Assembly: GCF_018977255.1 (NCBI RefSeq)
Contig: NW_024704743.1
Span: forward strand, 24,120,001-24,184,000
Direction of reading: 5' to 3'
Length of the DNA: 64,000 bases
Origin: Callorhinchus milii
Taxonomy: Eukaryota
The stretch's first letter is position 1, and every line of letters starts with the position of its first letter. The translations under genes and the position numbers were made by a program. Shown here one piece after another: positions 1 to 12,260 of this stretch. A model generated the notes under the pieces. The model made no database searches. It was not told where the DNA came from and was given only the letters and a program-made list of their open reading frames with translations.

Positions 1-721
1 AAGCAGTGACTTCACAGAGAACTCCAAAACTCGACCTTGTTACTGACTTGTCTATCAGCCAAAGGGTTTGAGCTGGGAATCATCAGTTTCTGCAGGTTGT
101 ACTGTGTACAGACAGTGTTTAATGTACTAAAGTACTACCTCTGCTCGCAAAATTCTTCTCACATGACTGTCAATGTTAGGGGTGGTAGTCCTCAGGCCAC
201 TAAGTTTGCTGACTTTAACACAGTGCATTAAACATGGGAAGAGTTGCTGGGTTTTAGCAGTTAACATTTTGATTAGTGCAATTCCTCCCCCTTCGAAATC
301 TTTGTTAAAATGGATAAAAGACACGTTCCAGACCATTAGGTGCAGCATTGCACAGAGGAGAGGGCACCTTGACAACAAAGCCTTTACACCAGGCCATTAG
401 TCAGCTGCTAAATGTGTCTAAAGTTGAAGCGTTTGGTTTAAGAGCAACATGTTGCATGGTCAGGCATGTGCTGCTTCCCTTTTTTTCTTCACCAGAGGGT
501 GGGTAGAGCTGTAAAGTGTGATAAATGTCACTGCGACTTGTATTCATTTCTCCCAGAAACAATCTGTCCTCAAATTTAATGGTGACTATTTTACCGAGGT
601 GTAAAATGTGGGGTGTGATATAATTATTACACAATGCAAAATGCTCTTTTGCTATCTATTAATTGGTTTGGGAGTAAAAACTTTGCTACCACCACTCGCC
701 ACCCAATGACACTGGACCCCA

Positions 722-1750
722 AGTACATTAGAATATACAGCACGGAAACAGGCCATTCGGCCCAACTGGTCTATGACAGTGTTTATGCTCCAAACGAGCC
801 TCCTCTTGCCCTTCCTCAACTAAGCCTTCAAGCATAACCTTCTATTCCTTTCTCCCTCATGTACCTATTTAGCTTCCCCTTAAATATATCTATGCTATTT
901 GCCTCAACAACTCCTTTGGTAGCATGTTCCACATTCTCACTACTCTCTGTGTAAAGAAATTTCTTCTAACTTCCCTATTTGATCTATTTGTGACTATTTT
1001 ATATTGATGGCCCCTGGTTTCGGTCTCCCCCACAAGTGGAAACATCCTCCCTATGTCTACCCTATCAAAACCTTTCATCATTTTGAAGACCTCTATCACT
1101 CCTTACCCTCCTCTTTTCAAGAGAAAAGAGTCCAAGCATGTTCAGCCTTTCCTGATAGGTATAACCTCTCAGTTCTGGGATTATCCTTGTGAATCTCCAG
1201 TGTATCTACATCCCTTCTATAATGTGGGGACCAGAACTGCTCACAGTCTGGTCGAAGCAAGGTTTTATAGCAGTTTACCATAACTTCCCTGCATTTCATT
1301 TCTATCACTCTAGAAATGAACCCCAATTTGTTTGCTTTTTTATGGCCTTATTAACCTGGGTTGCTACTTTTAGTGAATTGTGTAGTTTGCTCCTCTAGGT
1401 TTTAAGGTTAATTTAGGTTTTTATTTTCCAGGATGTATGTGACTTCCTTATTTCCTTCTACCAAAATGTACCACCTCACACTTTTCTACATTGAAATGTA
1501 CTTGCCATTTAAATGCCCACTCAGCAAGTTTATTAATGTCTTGCTGTAATTTGTTGCAGTCCTCCTCTGTATTAACTACTCCCCACAATTTGGTGTCGTC
1601 CGCAAATTGTTAAATTGTACTGCTGATTCCCGAATCCAACTCATTAACGTATATTGTGAACAACAGTGGTCCAATTACCCAATCCTTGTGGAACACCACT
1701 GCTCACCCCCTGCCAGTCTGAGTAGCTACCCTTTACCCCTATGCTCTGTA
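722..1750 (-). mobile_element. CR1-type LINE, 5'-truncated and degraded (RT C-terminus plus 3' UTR)
   Basis: SGVPQG near 1695, FADDTK at 1606-1589, ...RNFFTQRVVRMWNMLP; CR1-like 3' end. Confidence 0.9.
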
Positions 1751-2894
1751 GTACCATCACTGCTTCAGATTAGATAAGTTAACACGACAGAGAGAGAATT
1801 CGGTAGTAATTTGGTTTATTATCAGGGTCCCTAGGTTTGTCATGTTCCTAGCCCACAAGCCATTACTTTAACATTTAAGACCATGAGGAAGTTTGTGATA
1901 CCATTTTAATTGCAAAGCCAATTTTGTGGAAAATCGGCTTTTAAATTTAAAATAAAATTCCCCCAAATATTTCAGAAATTCTGAGACAATAGTCTTAAAG
2001 TTAAGACCATGAAAAAAATCTGTGCCTCTGATTTGCTTATTGATGAAGTTCTAACAACTACTTGTACTTGTACAGCACCTTTCACACAGTTAAACCTTTC
2101 TAAACACTTTACGGAGATTAAGTGGGAGCTCAGGGGAGATTTAGGGAGAAAGTTCACTGAGTTTCATTTTTGTTGGGCTAGCACCTGCATGTTCTTGGCG
2201 TACTTAGTTATGTAAGGCAGAGCTGGAGCGATTTCTGTGGCACATTTCAAATTACTCTGGAGTTCCAGTTTCCTGATCCGCTGGAACATCTGCACATCTG
2301 CATTCCCACAAACCAGATCTCAGGGCACTGTTACACATTGCAGCTGCAACAACATTCAGTCTATTACAGATGGACATGCCTCGCATTCCTACAGGAAATT
2401 AAGGGATTAGAGCAGACATCTAATTTTGTCAGATGGCTGTTGGTGGGAAAACTACAGGGAGCATCTTGGCAATGGCTATTGGTGAAGTAATCAACTGCAG
2501 TGATATTGTTCAATAAATACCGACAGGTTTTAATTTGATTTAATGTATTGTATAGTAATATGTACTGAGCTCACTGAATCCTACTAAACGATGGAGCTAT
2601 ATTAATCTAATTCTCTTATGTCAGCACTGCTAAGTATTAATACATTCTGTAATGCGGCCTCACATCACGGATGTGGAAATGCACTGACAGCTGGCAATGG
2701 CACACAAATGTCACAAGCCAAAGAGAACGTAGGCAGGCAGATCGCAGGGACTAAGCGCAGACCTGTAATCTAGTTTTCAGATGCCAGTGATGTTCTGAAC
2801 CCATTAACTTAAGCCTCACAATCACTGCCTTCAATTTGCATTGTGCAAACTGGCTGCTGAGTTTGCCCACAAAAACAAAATCACTCCACTTTAT

Positions 2895-3030
2895 AAGCAT
2901 ATAGAATCATAGAATTATGTAGCACAGAAGGAGGCTATTCGGCCCATCGTGTTTATGCCAGCTCTTTTGAAAGAGCTCCCCACTCCCCTGCTCTCTCCCC
3001 ATAGCCCTGCAAACTTGTCCACCCCAATAT
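2895..3030 (-). mobile_element. CR1 3'-end fragment
   Basis: catagaat...cacagaaggaggctattcggcccatcg, like 37975 and 50835. Confidence 0.8.
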
Positions 3031-3389
3031 CCTGTGAAGCCCTTCGAGATGTCCTCCCGATGTGAAAGGCTGCTGCGTCAAGTGTAAGGATTCTGATTGT
3101 ATAATCTGAACTCTTTGATTAGAATTGAAGCTTGTAACCCACGGTTCCACTCTGCTTTACTTTTAAGTTTCATGGTAAGATTTTAGAATGGATGATGGTG
3201 TTAGGGGGGAGAGACTCACTGCATCCCAAAGACCAATATTGTGGATTTCAAGTTACAGGTACACTGATAACAACAACTTGCATAATGTATATATATATAT
3301 ATATGTGCTGTTGCTCTGTTAACATGAACTCACACTGTCTAGCTTCCCGGAGTGCTGATATTGGTTCTAGCCAGGTCCTAGCCACTAAC

Positions 3390-3782
3390 TTACCTCCACA
3401 CGCACCCCCACCCCTCACTTTCAAAAGCCCTCCATGGCCTTGCTTCTCCCCTATCTCTGCGACCTCCTAACCCCCTACCAACCTGCTCTCTTCCTCCGTT
3501 CAGCGGGCATTGGTCTGCTTCATGGCGAGCCTTCAGCAACTCTGCCCCCACCCTCTGGAACTCCATCTCGCAGACCCTCCACTTCACCCACTCCCTTGTC
3601 TCCTTCAAAATCCTTCTGAAGACCCTCCTCTTCGAGCGTGCCTTCGGTCACCATCCTTCCCCCCACTGCCCTCCACCCTCCCCGATCCCTAGCTCGTGTC
3701 CGAAATACTGATTGCCCAGTGCCCTGGGACATCCTCCCGACGTGAAAGGCGCTATACAAATGTAATTTTGTTGTTGTTGTTA
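3390..3782 (+). mobile_element. L2 LINE 3' fragment with (TTG)n tail
   Basis: Ends gggacatcctcccgacgtgaaaggcgctatacaaatgtaattttgttgttg. Confidence 0.85.
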
Positions 3783-3789
3783 ATGGCAC

Positions 3790-4080
3790 AAGCAGAGGGG
3801 CCGAGAGAGAGGGTGTACATAGAGGAGTCTGACAGGCAGCAAGAATGTCAGTGGAGCCAGGCTCGTGGAGCCTGGTGTGAGAGAGGAAATGGTCTGCCTG
3901 CAGCTTGTTTAGAGAGGAAATGGGGAGCTTGGCAAGCAGAGAGTTGGAATAATCAAGCCTGAAAGTGGTGAAGAAAACAGATGCAGGCAATGCTGCGGAA
4001 GTGAGGGAAGGCAGAGTGAGTGAGAGCCCAATGTAAGGTTTGAAGGATAGTTCGGGGTCAAACAGGACATCCTAAGTGAA
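3790..4080 (-). mobile_element. L2 LINE fragment, opposite orientation to the previous copy
   Basis: Encodes RLDYSNSLLAKLP, an L2 ORF2 C-terminal motif. Confidence 0.8.
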
Positions 4081-4828
4081 AGGCTTGTATAATAGCTAGT
4101 TGTTGTTGAAGGCAATCATGCCCAGAGCCCGAGAGAAAAAAAGGGTGAAAACACGGAGGGAACTATGAACACAAAAAAGTAAAGAGGGGAAGAAACAAAT
4201 GAAACAAAAGAGGCGGTTATTGTTACAACTGTACCCAAAGAGGGGCTCTCCCTACTTAGTCTTAACGTTAAAACTTCAGTTACATACCCTAAAGGAATTC
4301 AACTCATGATCAATATGAGTCACACTCACTATCGTAATTCTAAAGCAGTAATAACTCTAACCAATTCCCATTCTTTTAGATACTGTGAGTCACTTGCAGA
4401 AGTTTTCGATTCGGTGCTGGGGGATCTTCCAGCAAGCACAGAAGAGTCATGCACACCAGCACGTCAAAGGAGATTGACATCTGCTGCAATGAAGACTGCA
4501 CAGGAACTTTCCTCATATTTTATGTTTTGTCGCATTTTTAGTCCTCCACCTTTATTCGTCTCGTGAATTCACCAACTCTCTATTAAGAGGTTGGGCATAA
4601 AAGCTGTATCTCGGCAAAATACTCTTCAACAACGAGAGACTCAGGAAGGCACAAAGAAAGAGCCTAGGTTGGCTGGACCTCCCTGACTTTGCTCTCTCAC
4701 TCCCTCCTGACTCTCCATTCACATTGTGAATTGTGGACTTCAACTTGCAGTCTGTTCCTGGACTGGAAGGATTCAAATCAACTTCAGAGCAGGAGAATGA
4801 AACCACGATTTCACCTCTCAGTCTGTGG

Positions 4829-4864
4829 AGGTCTTATAGAAGGTCTTATAGAAGGTCTTATAGA
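4829..4864. repeat. 12-bp tandem repeat x3
   Basis: (AGGTCTTATAGA)3. Confidence 0.95.
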
Positions 4865-4884
4865 CTGCAGAAAGTCTCAATAGA

Positions 4885-4983
4885 AGAGAAGAGCAGGGTC
4901 ATAGACCTGAAACGTTAACTCACTTTCCTCTCTCCATAGATGCTGCCTGTCCTGCTGAGTGATCCCAGCGACTTCTGTTTTTA
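4885..4983 (+). mobile_element. Penelope-like terminal-repeat fragment
   Basis: GGTCATAGACCTGAAACGTTAACTC...AGATGCTGCCTGTCCTGCTGAGT; related to 9510-9558 and 16652-16720. Confidence 0.55.
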
Positions 4984-7017
4984 AGTCTCAACCAAAGCAG
5001 GCTTCGAAGTAGGCCAGTGTTGCCCTCACTGCACAATGACTTACAATTACTTACAATTCAGGACAATCAATCGCACCCACAAGTGAGGGTCAGCTGAGTA
5101 CAAACTGTCCGACATTCCTATTTTGCATTCAGAGCCCCGAGCAAAAGACATCGACTAATGGACTGTTTTGCTGAAAGCTGGTGCTCCTAGTCATACTGTG
5201 GTATTGACTGATTGACTGCAGCCATGGCAAGGCTGCACCCATTTAGCAGAAATAGCTCTGATTCAACAAACCTGACTGAGACCTCTGCCTGATTATGTTA
5301 CTTGGTTTCCGAAATATTTATCAAAATCTTTGGAGAAGCGACCGGGCATGTTTTTAAGCTTCCCAATTAATTTCTGTCCCATAATATGGATTATATCAGA
5401 AATTACTGCAGTCAGCTCCTTCCCACTTTATTTCCACACCAGCTGTATGTTGTTTCCTAACCCTAGGGTATGTTGCCATAATGACTTATATTGAGAAATC
5501 CGTTATCTGTTTTATTCATCTTTCACTCTACAGTGTACTGAACTGAACTACAATACATTGTGTTCAATCTTGTGCCAAATAAACCCTATTATTTAAACCC
5601 TTATTAAGCAGATTCATTCAGTCATTGCAACCCTCCAGGGGTGACAGCAGTGAGTTTCATCTCCAGATCAATTGGTCACTCACCTTATGGCTGTTTCTGG
5701 GAGTTTGCTGACTGAAAATGGCTGCAAGGCTTACCAACATAAGAGTTTGCAACACATAACTAATTACTGTAAAGCATTTTGGGATGTTAAAACATGATAA
5801 GACATCTGTAAAAATGCAAGTTAGTTCTTTCTTTCTGAATGAGAAGAATTTGGAACTAATTTACAATATTCACAAATCAGATTTGTAGCATATATTGTTA
5901 GTGAAATTTGCAGCTGGCAAATTGTGATATCATGGGTGCTAAAACTTGGAAAAAGGCTGATGTGTCAGTTGAGAAAACGGCAGGCCTTTTCCACTAGTAT
6001 TTAGATGCAAATCAGAAGTTACAATTAATGCAAAAAATCTGGTTGGTTTTAGATTTCTAAATTCAAAATGTTTATAAATCCTGCTTGTTTGCCAGTGGAC
6101 ATGGTCACTATATTCTACCGTGTATCCTGTGAGCTACTAAAGAGACACCCTCCTGACATGAAAGGAGCTGTATCAAATGCAAGGATTATATTATACCAAT
6201 GGAGAGCAATAGTTAGCTTGAGATGAAGGTCTAATATTACAGAGACCTGGTCTTCATCAGATTGACAGGATGAAATCACTCCTATCACTGTTTGTTTTAA
6301 GGTTGAATTGAGTTAAGCCACTTTTAGCCCAGTGGACATGAGCTGACAGCAAACAAAAGCTGTCAATCTCAGTCAGGCATATTGTAGAAAGGGAAGTAGA
6401 ATCTGTATATGCATTGGGGAGGGATTGCTACTATTTGAGAGATTGGGTTGGAATAGAGTTGGAACAAACAACCATTTGGCCCACTGAACCTGCTCCAAAA
6501 TAATATTAGATTATGGCAGCTTCCTCATATTTTATATTTAATCCGATGTCTCATTCTTTCGTCATTTACAAGTCCCTGTCTATCTCCGTTAAAGATAGAT
6601 GAGAGATCATTGATTCTACACATATAAATCTTGATCTCAGACGCCCTTCGCACTTGGGTTTTCCCAGGAGACCGAGCAATCACCAGGATCTGATAGATCA
6701 ACTGTTGGGAGGGAAAGAAAACTGGGCCTATAGCAGATCAGACCTGGCTGCTTCCTCTAATTCCATAGTTCCCTCTAATGTGGTGTCGACATGACCTTGC
6801 ACTGCATTCTGAAAATCCAAGTCACTAATGTATACAAGGGACATGTGAGGGGTCCCAGCACAGATGCCTGAGGCAACTAACTCAATATTGTTTAGATCAG
6901 GTCCAATAAGAGAATTCACCTGGTAATCTTCTTACTGGTTTGTTTTATAATCCAATGCAAGTCCCCAAACCCAAGGATCCAGTTGATCAAATCCGTTACA
7001 AGATAAATAGCTTAGAG

Positions 7018-7220
7018 CAGTAGCCAATCTGTGGCCTGTGGGTCAGAAGTGCCCCCCCCCCTCCACCCATCAGCATGAGTCCAGGTAAGGCCATGTTCGA
7101 TCAGTAGGGTGCTTTCAGTTTTTTCTTGATTGAATACTTCTTGGTTTATGGCATGAATCAATAAATATTCAATCAAGAGAATTTATTTTATTTGCTGACC
7201 ATAAAGGTTGGCCACGACTG
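7018..7220. mobile_element. hAT (Charlie-like) MITE with 8-bp target-site duplication
   Basis: TIRs CAGTAGCCAATCT / AGGTTGGCCACGACTG; GCTTAGAG at 7010-7017 and 7221-7228; related partial copy at 62509. Confidence 0.85.
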
Positions 7221-7775
7221 GCTTAGAGAAATGTTACAACTTGGAGTTATTCAGTTTGGTGTAAAAAATATAATCTGCTTTGGCCTGTCTTAGCTCCCTA
7301 GTTAAGCGGAGTTACGATCTGTTTCTGTTTTTGGATGATAAACCTCGCTGCTAAGCTCCTTGATGCTGATGCCTCACAAATCCAATAAATCTTTGGGTCC
7401 TATATCAGAACGTCAATATCAATCTTTGGCCTACATCATAATGTGTTAGTTTATTTTCAAATGGCATCACAATGGCAGTATATCATGTTTCAAAAGAAAT
7501 TTTACAGTGCTTTATACAAACAGTACAACATGACCCACTACTCAGTGAGTTTAAGCCAGTAATTCACTTGAGTGTTTCCGCTGATGAACCCAAAACGTTG
7601 ACGTTTGCTGAGGGACAACTATTATTTTCTATTTAATGAGACTTGCAGGTCTCAATAGGAAACAATAATGTGCTTAGTTAGGTATGATACCACATACCTG
7701 GAGCCCATTAGTAAGCACCTTGTCATGGCAACAGTCACTTATCTATTTCATGCATACTGCACCAGCAATTCTCCC

Positions 7776-8103
7776 ATAATAATAATAATAATAATCCTTA
7801 CATTTGATATAGCGCTTTTCACGTCGGGAGGACGTCCCAAAGCGCTTCACAGAATACACTGTAAAGTGAATTGACTGTATATTTGTGGGCGAACACGGCA
7901 GCCAATTGCGCACAGCAATGTCCCACAAACAGTCGTAGATTGAAAATGACCAATTTTATTATTGTTTTTAGTTTTGGAGGGATTATTATTAGGCTCTGTG
8001 TGGAGTAAGGAAACTTGCCCAAGGTTTCACCCTCTGCCTGGAATTGAACTCAGGTCTCTCGCTTGCAAAGCGAGTGCTCTAACCACTGAGCCACAGGACT
8101 CCA
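7776..8103 (-). mobile_element. tRNA-Ala-derived SINE, full length, young
   Basis: tRNA head with A/B boxes, Deu-like body, L2-like tail plus (ATT)n; near-identical to 56343-56650. Confidence 0.9.
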
Positions 8104-8218
8104 ATACTTTGTCTGGGGTTTCCTCACTCATAACCTGGATATTTGGCAGCTCTTGCCTTCCAGAACCTGGCTGAGGCCAATGGTCTGATCTGATCACCAC
8201 GTGGTATTCCATATATAT

Positions 8219-8391
8219 TAATAATAATAATCCTTGCATTTGATGCACCTTTCAGATGGCATCATCTCAAAGGTCAACAGAGGCGTGTAGATTAAGAAAA
8301 CTTGACAAAGGTTTCGCCCTGCCCAGGAATCGAACCCAGGTCCTCTCACCTGCAAGGTGAGTGCTCTAACCAGTATCCTACAGGACTCCAC
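8219..8391 (-). mobile_element. Same SINE family, internally deleted
   Basis: Head and tail present, middle missing. Confidence 0.8.
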
Positions 8392-8654
8392 ATGATCTAG
8401 CCACATCACAACGCTGCAGATATAAGAAATGTAGTGGGTGTAGTTAAAAAACTGACCTGGCTAACAAAGGTGCTTTGTGGACTTTGTTAATTAACCAAGC
8501 TGGTTACCTACAGAAGAACACAAATGTTATCTCTGGAGAACAGGAATATTTTGCTTGCAATTGGATGGGGATAGGAAGCTTTCTTGTCAAGAATCTTCTA
8601 TTATACCCATCACCCTGTGTGTATACTTTGCTAGTGTACCATCACACAGTGTGG

Positions 8655-8935
8655 GCGAAATGTTAGACAAGTTACCTCACTCCACATGCCTCTATTTACC
8701 CAGCAGTAAGTAAGAATTCAGTTAGTCCATTGCAGATCGCTTTCCAGGGGTAATCCCTTTAAAAAATGTGGTCACTCAAACCACAACTGTTTGCGGGACA
8801 CTGCAGTGCACAATTGGCTGCTGCATTTCCCCCACAAAATATATAGTCAATTCACTTTACAGTATGTTCTGTGAAAAGCTTTGGGACGTCTCAACGACTT
8901 GATAAGGTGCTACACAAATGCAAGGATTAAAATTA
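8655..8935 (+). mobile_element. Same SINE family, 5'-truncated
   Basis: Body and tail match 13840-14203. Confidence 0.8.
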
Positions 8936-9425
8936 TCAGAGTGTGTATACTCTGCTGGGGTACATCACACTGTGTATGTGTCTCTGCTCACTTGGTGCTT
9001 AAGTGTTCCGAGACACTACCCCACATGAAGGGCACGATATAAATGCAATTTGCTCTTGTTCTATTAACGTGAACTCACATTGAGTGATCTGTTAGCTGTT
9101 GGTGACTCATAAGCCATGACACCTCAGCAAATTGTAACTATATTAAAAAGACCAAAACTAACTTTTGGATAAAGAGGATTGAAGCAGCAATGTATGATGT
9201 TGTTACCCAGTGATTGCTCGTCCAGTATGTACCACAACTACCTTGATGTTACTAAATCCCCTTCTACTTTCTTAATCCCATTTTTGCATCTCTCTCCCTA
9301 TATCTCTCTATTGCTTTTGCTGCTCAGATAAAATCAATGATATAGGGATTGGTACAGAAATGTTCAGGAATGGAAATTCAAGGAGAATGCAGCAACCTAA
9401 TTAATAGAAATAAAAAATATAATAA

Positions 9426-9558
9426 CTACATCAGGTCAATTTGCATCTAAAAGAGAAAAATAGGTTAACATTTGGACACAGCCATTTATCAGAGCTCTGG
9501 GTTACACCGCAAATGTTAACCTAGTTTTTTCTTTCAGATGTTGATTGACCTGCTGTAG
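9426..9558. repeat. Palindromic element (49-bp arms) of Penelope-like terminal sequence
   Basis: 9426-9474 is an imperfect reverse complement of 9510-9558. Confidence 0.85.
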
Positions 9559-10329
9559 AATTCTAGGATTCCTGTATACAGTGCATTGTAAAAACATATT
9601 GCTTGAACAGATGCAGTGTGGTTCTTTCAAGGGTAGCTTTTAGAGACACACAGATTTATTAATAATGAAATATGGAAGAACTCAACAATGAGAAACAACA
9701 ATGCAACCAATTCCATCTCTTGAGTTGCTACCAATTGCTTTGATTGGCAACTATTTTTGTTATTTCACAAGAACTGAGGATATAGTTGTGGTAGTGGATC
9801 AACAGCCCTTTGACTGAGCAAAGCTATTTATCATTTTCAAAATACAAAATCAGCAACAGGATCTAAATTACCGCAATTGCTCTGAGGTTTGAGAGTCGCA
9901 AATAAGAGCTCTTCCCAGTAACCAGAAGCATGTCCCCTTGGGAACTCCAATCCTATCTACATCTAGAGTGGAGGTCTGTGTGATGTATTTAAGTTCACTG
10001 GATGCCATCCCCACTTGTGGCTCAAAGTGATTTTCAAGGAATTTCTGTTACGAATTGCAGCAATTTAGACCCCAACTGTGTGGCGCTCTCTCCTGCATTT
10101 TGCACTTACTGTTACAGTGAAAGCCAGGGGCTTAAAAAGAAATCTGTGGTGGAGTTTGAATGAAGCTAAGGCAAAAGGTAACAAAATACCTGCAATAAGC
10201 ACAGACAGGAACAGTGGGATATTTGGATTAGCAAGAAAAGCTCGTAGAAAAACCAGAGGTAGGTTAAGACAGCATAATCCAACTGAGAGAAGGGGAAGGG
10301 AAAGAGAAAGATGGAAACAGAATGAGAGA

Positions 10330-10435
10330 GTAGAGAGGGAGTGAAAAAGAAACACAAAATATTGCTTATGGGGCCTGTGGACCTTTCTCAAATAGGGAAT
10401 CCGGCCCGCGGCAGCCAAAAGTTTGGACCACCCTG
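10330..10435. mobile_element. hAT-like transposon end
   Basis: ...aatagggaatccggcccgcggcagccaaaagtttggaccaccctg; same end at 46505-46586 and inverted near 22820. Confidence 0.7.
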
Positions 10436-11484
10436 GGTTAATGCGATTGGCGCAATGCTAACTAGCATTGGTCTGAGCTCAAAGATATACATTTATCAGG
10501 CTTATATAAGCTCTCTGAATCTGGATATTTACCAGATGAATCATTATTGGGTAGAATCTTGTAGTCCATTGGACAGAGAACTAAATCACAAGGAAATCTA
10601 TGTAAAAGATTCCCATAATTTGAGTCATGTTGCTGGCACTGTGCTAAGTCATGTGGCAGAGGAATCTGTGTCTACAGTGTGGTTTGGAGAACTCGATAAA
10701 CTGAGAAACTGTACACTTAGTACAACTGACACAATGTGGTGAATAACATAGGATGTTCGTTGTTGAACAGTGTATCTGAACCCAGCTTTAATTCCGTTTA
10801 TAAGGCACATCACTGGATTGCAAGTTTGATTACAATGCAGATCTCTGTTAGGCCTGTGGTTACACTTACGTCCAACTTCCAGAGCGAAATGTCCAGCTTC
10901 CTGTATTTATGCTTGTCCAAAGCTGGGCGTGACATCAGTGGTGATCTGATGACCTTGAAATGGGACTGGTAGCCATTTTCACAAACACCCATTGCAATGC
11001 AGTGTCCAATTTCATAGTCCCCAAACACTGCGTTAACAATAATCCTTGCATTTGATACAGCGTCTTATCACATCGTGACAACGTCTCAAAGCGCTTCACA
11101 GAATATACTGTAAAGTGAATTGACTGAATTTTGTGGGAGAAACTCTTGTAAAAAGATTGCTCTGCAGTAATGTTTAGAGGAAGATACCCTCCCCTCTTTC
11201 CCCCCCACTCCGCCCCACTGATATTGTCACATTTATTTTCAGAGTTTGGCCCACATTTGGCAGCAGTACTGAAAGCTCTGAGAGTACAATAAGATGACCG
11301 AGAACTTAACCAATCCTTAATAATGACCCAGTCACAAATGGGAATCCTAGTTATCAATGTGTGTTTGGTTATTATCTTAACTATCCAAAGAAATGTGCCG
11401 GGGAGAGTGTGCATTCCCAAATAGATGGATCAGAGTTTTCAATGATGTGTTAGCTATCACCAGTGATAATGATCCCATCATATA

Positions 11485-11763
11485 CAGTAAAATCCCGGCT
11501 AACCAGACAATGGAGGGGAAATCTGGTCTTCCAACTAAGTTAATTGCAAAACTACAGTTTTTGGTACTGCTTTTTTTTCTGTAAGAATGTACTGTATATA
11601 AACTTAGCTATCTTCTGCTCGGGGCATTCCAGCCTTATTAAACAAACAATCTGAGTCAAAATCGATATCCCCAAAATTTTAGTCCACAGAATTTTTTTTT
11701 ACAATTTTTCGGTTTCAGCTAGGTACGCAGATAAGCAGAGTCCAGCAAGACGGGAGTTTACTG
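11485..11763. mobile_element. Tc1/mariner (Tigger-like) MITE
   Basis: TA-CAGTAAAATCCCG ... CGGGAGTTTACTG inverted termini. Confidence 0.6.
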
Positions 11764-11894
11764 CACTGCATTTTTCACCCCAATATAGAATCATGGAGCA
11801 AATTTAGAGAATGTAATCCATAGGAGCTTAACCTTGTACCCTCAATGTTCTACCAATAATAATCCATTATTTTATTGCATTTAAAATAATAAAA

Positions 11895-12260
11895 AAAAAC
11901 TTGCATTTGATATAGCGCCATATCATATCATTGAGACATCTCAAAGCGCTTCACAGAATGTACTGTATAGTGGAATAGCGCGTCTGAGGTCAAAACATCT
12001 TAAACGCCTCATGGCGAATTAGTGTAATGAACTGTATTTGTAGGTAAACGTGTCGATAATTTTGTGCACAGCAAGGTCCCACATAACAGCCATGAAAGTA
12101 ATCTGGAGGATTTTCAGCCAGAATACACTGAGAAGCTCCACTTTCTGTTCAAATAACATCTTGGGATCTTTAATGTCCACCTAAGGAACAGACAGATTAA
12201 CTTGACAGGTTTGGTTTAATGTCTCAGGTCCTTCAGCTAGTGACCATGATAATGATACAG
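11895..12260 (-). mobile_element. Old Deu-domain SINE remnant
   Basis: gggatctttaatgtccacct...ggtttaatgtctca Deu-like core; SINE tail. Confidence 0.6.

Noticed and set aside
10946..10968. CTGATGA-CCTT-GAAA hammerhead-like string
   Set aside because: No stem II or stem III and no Penelope-like flanks
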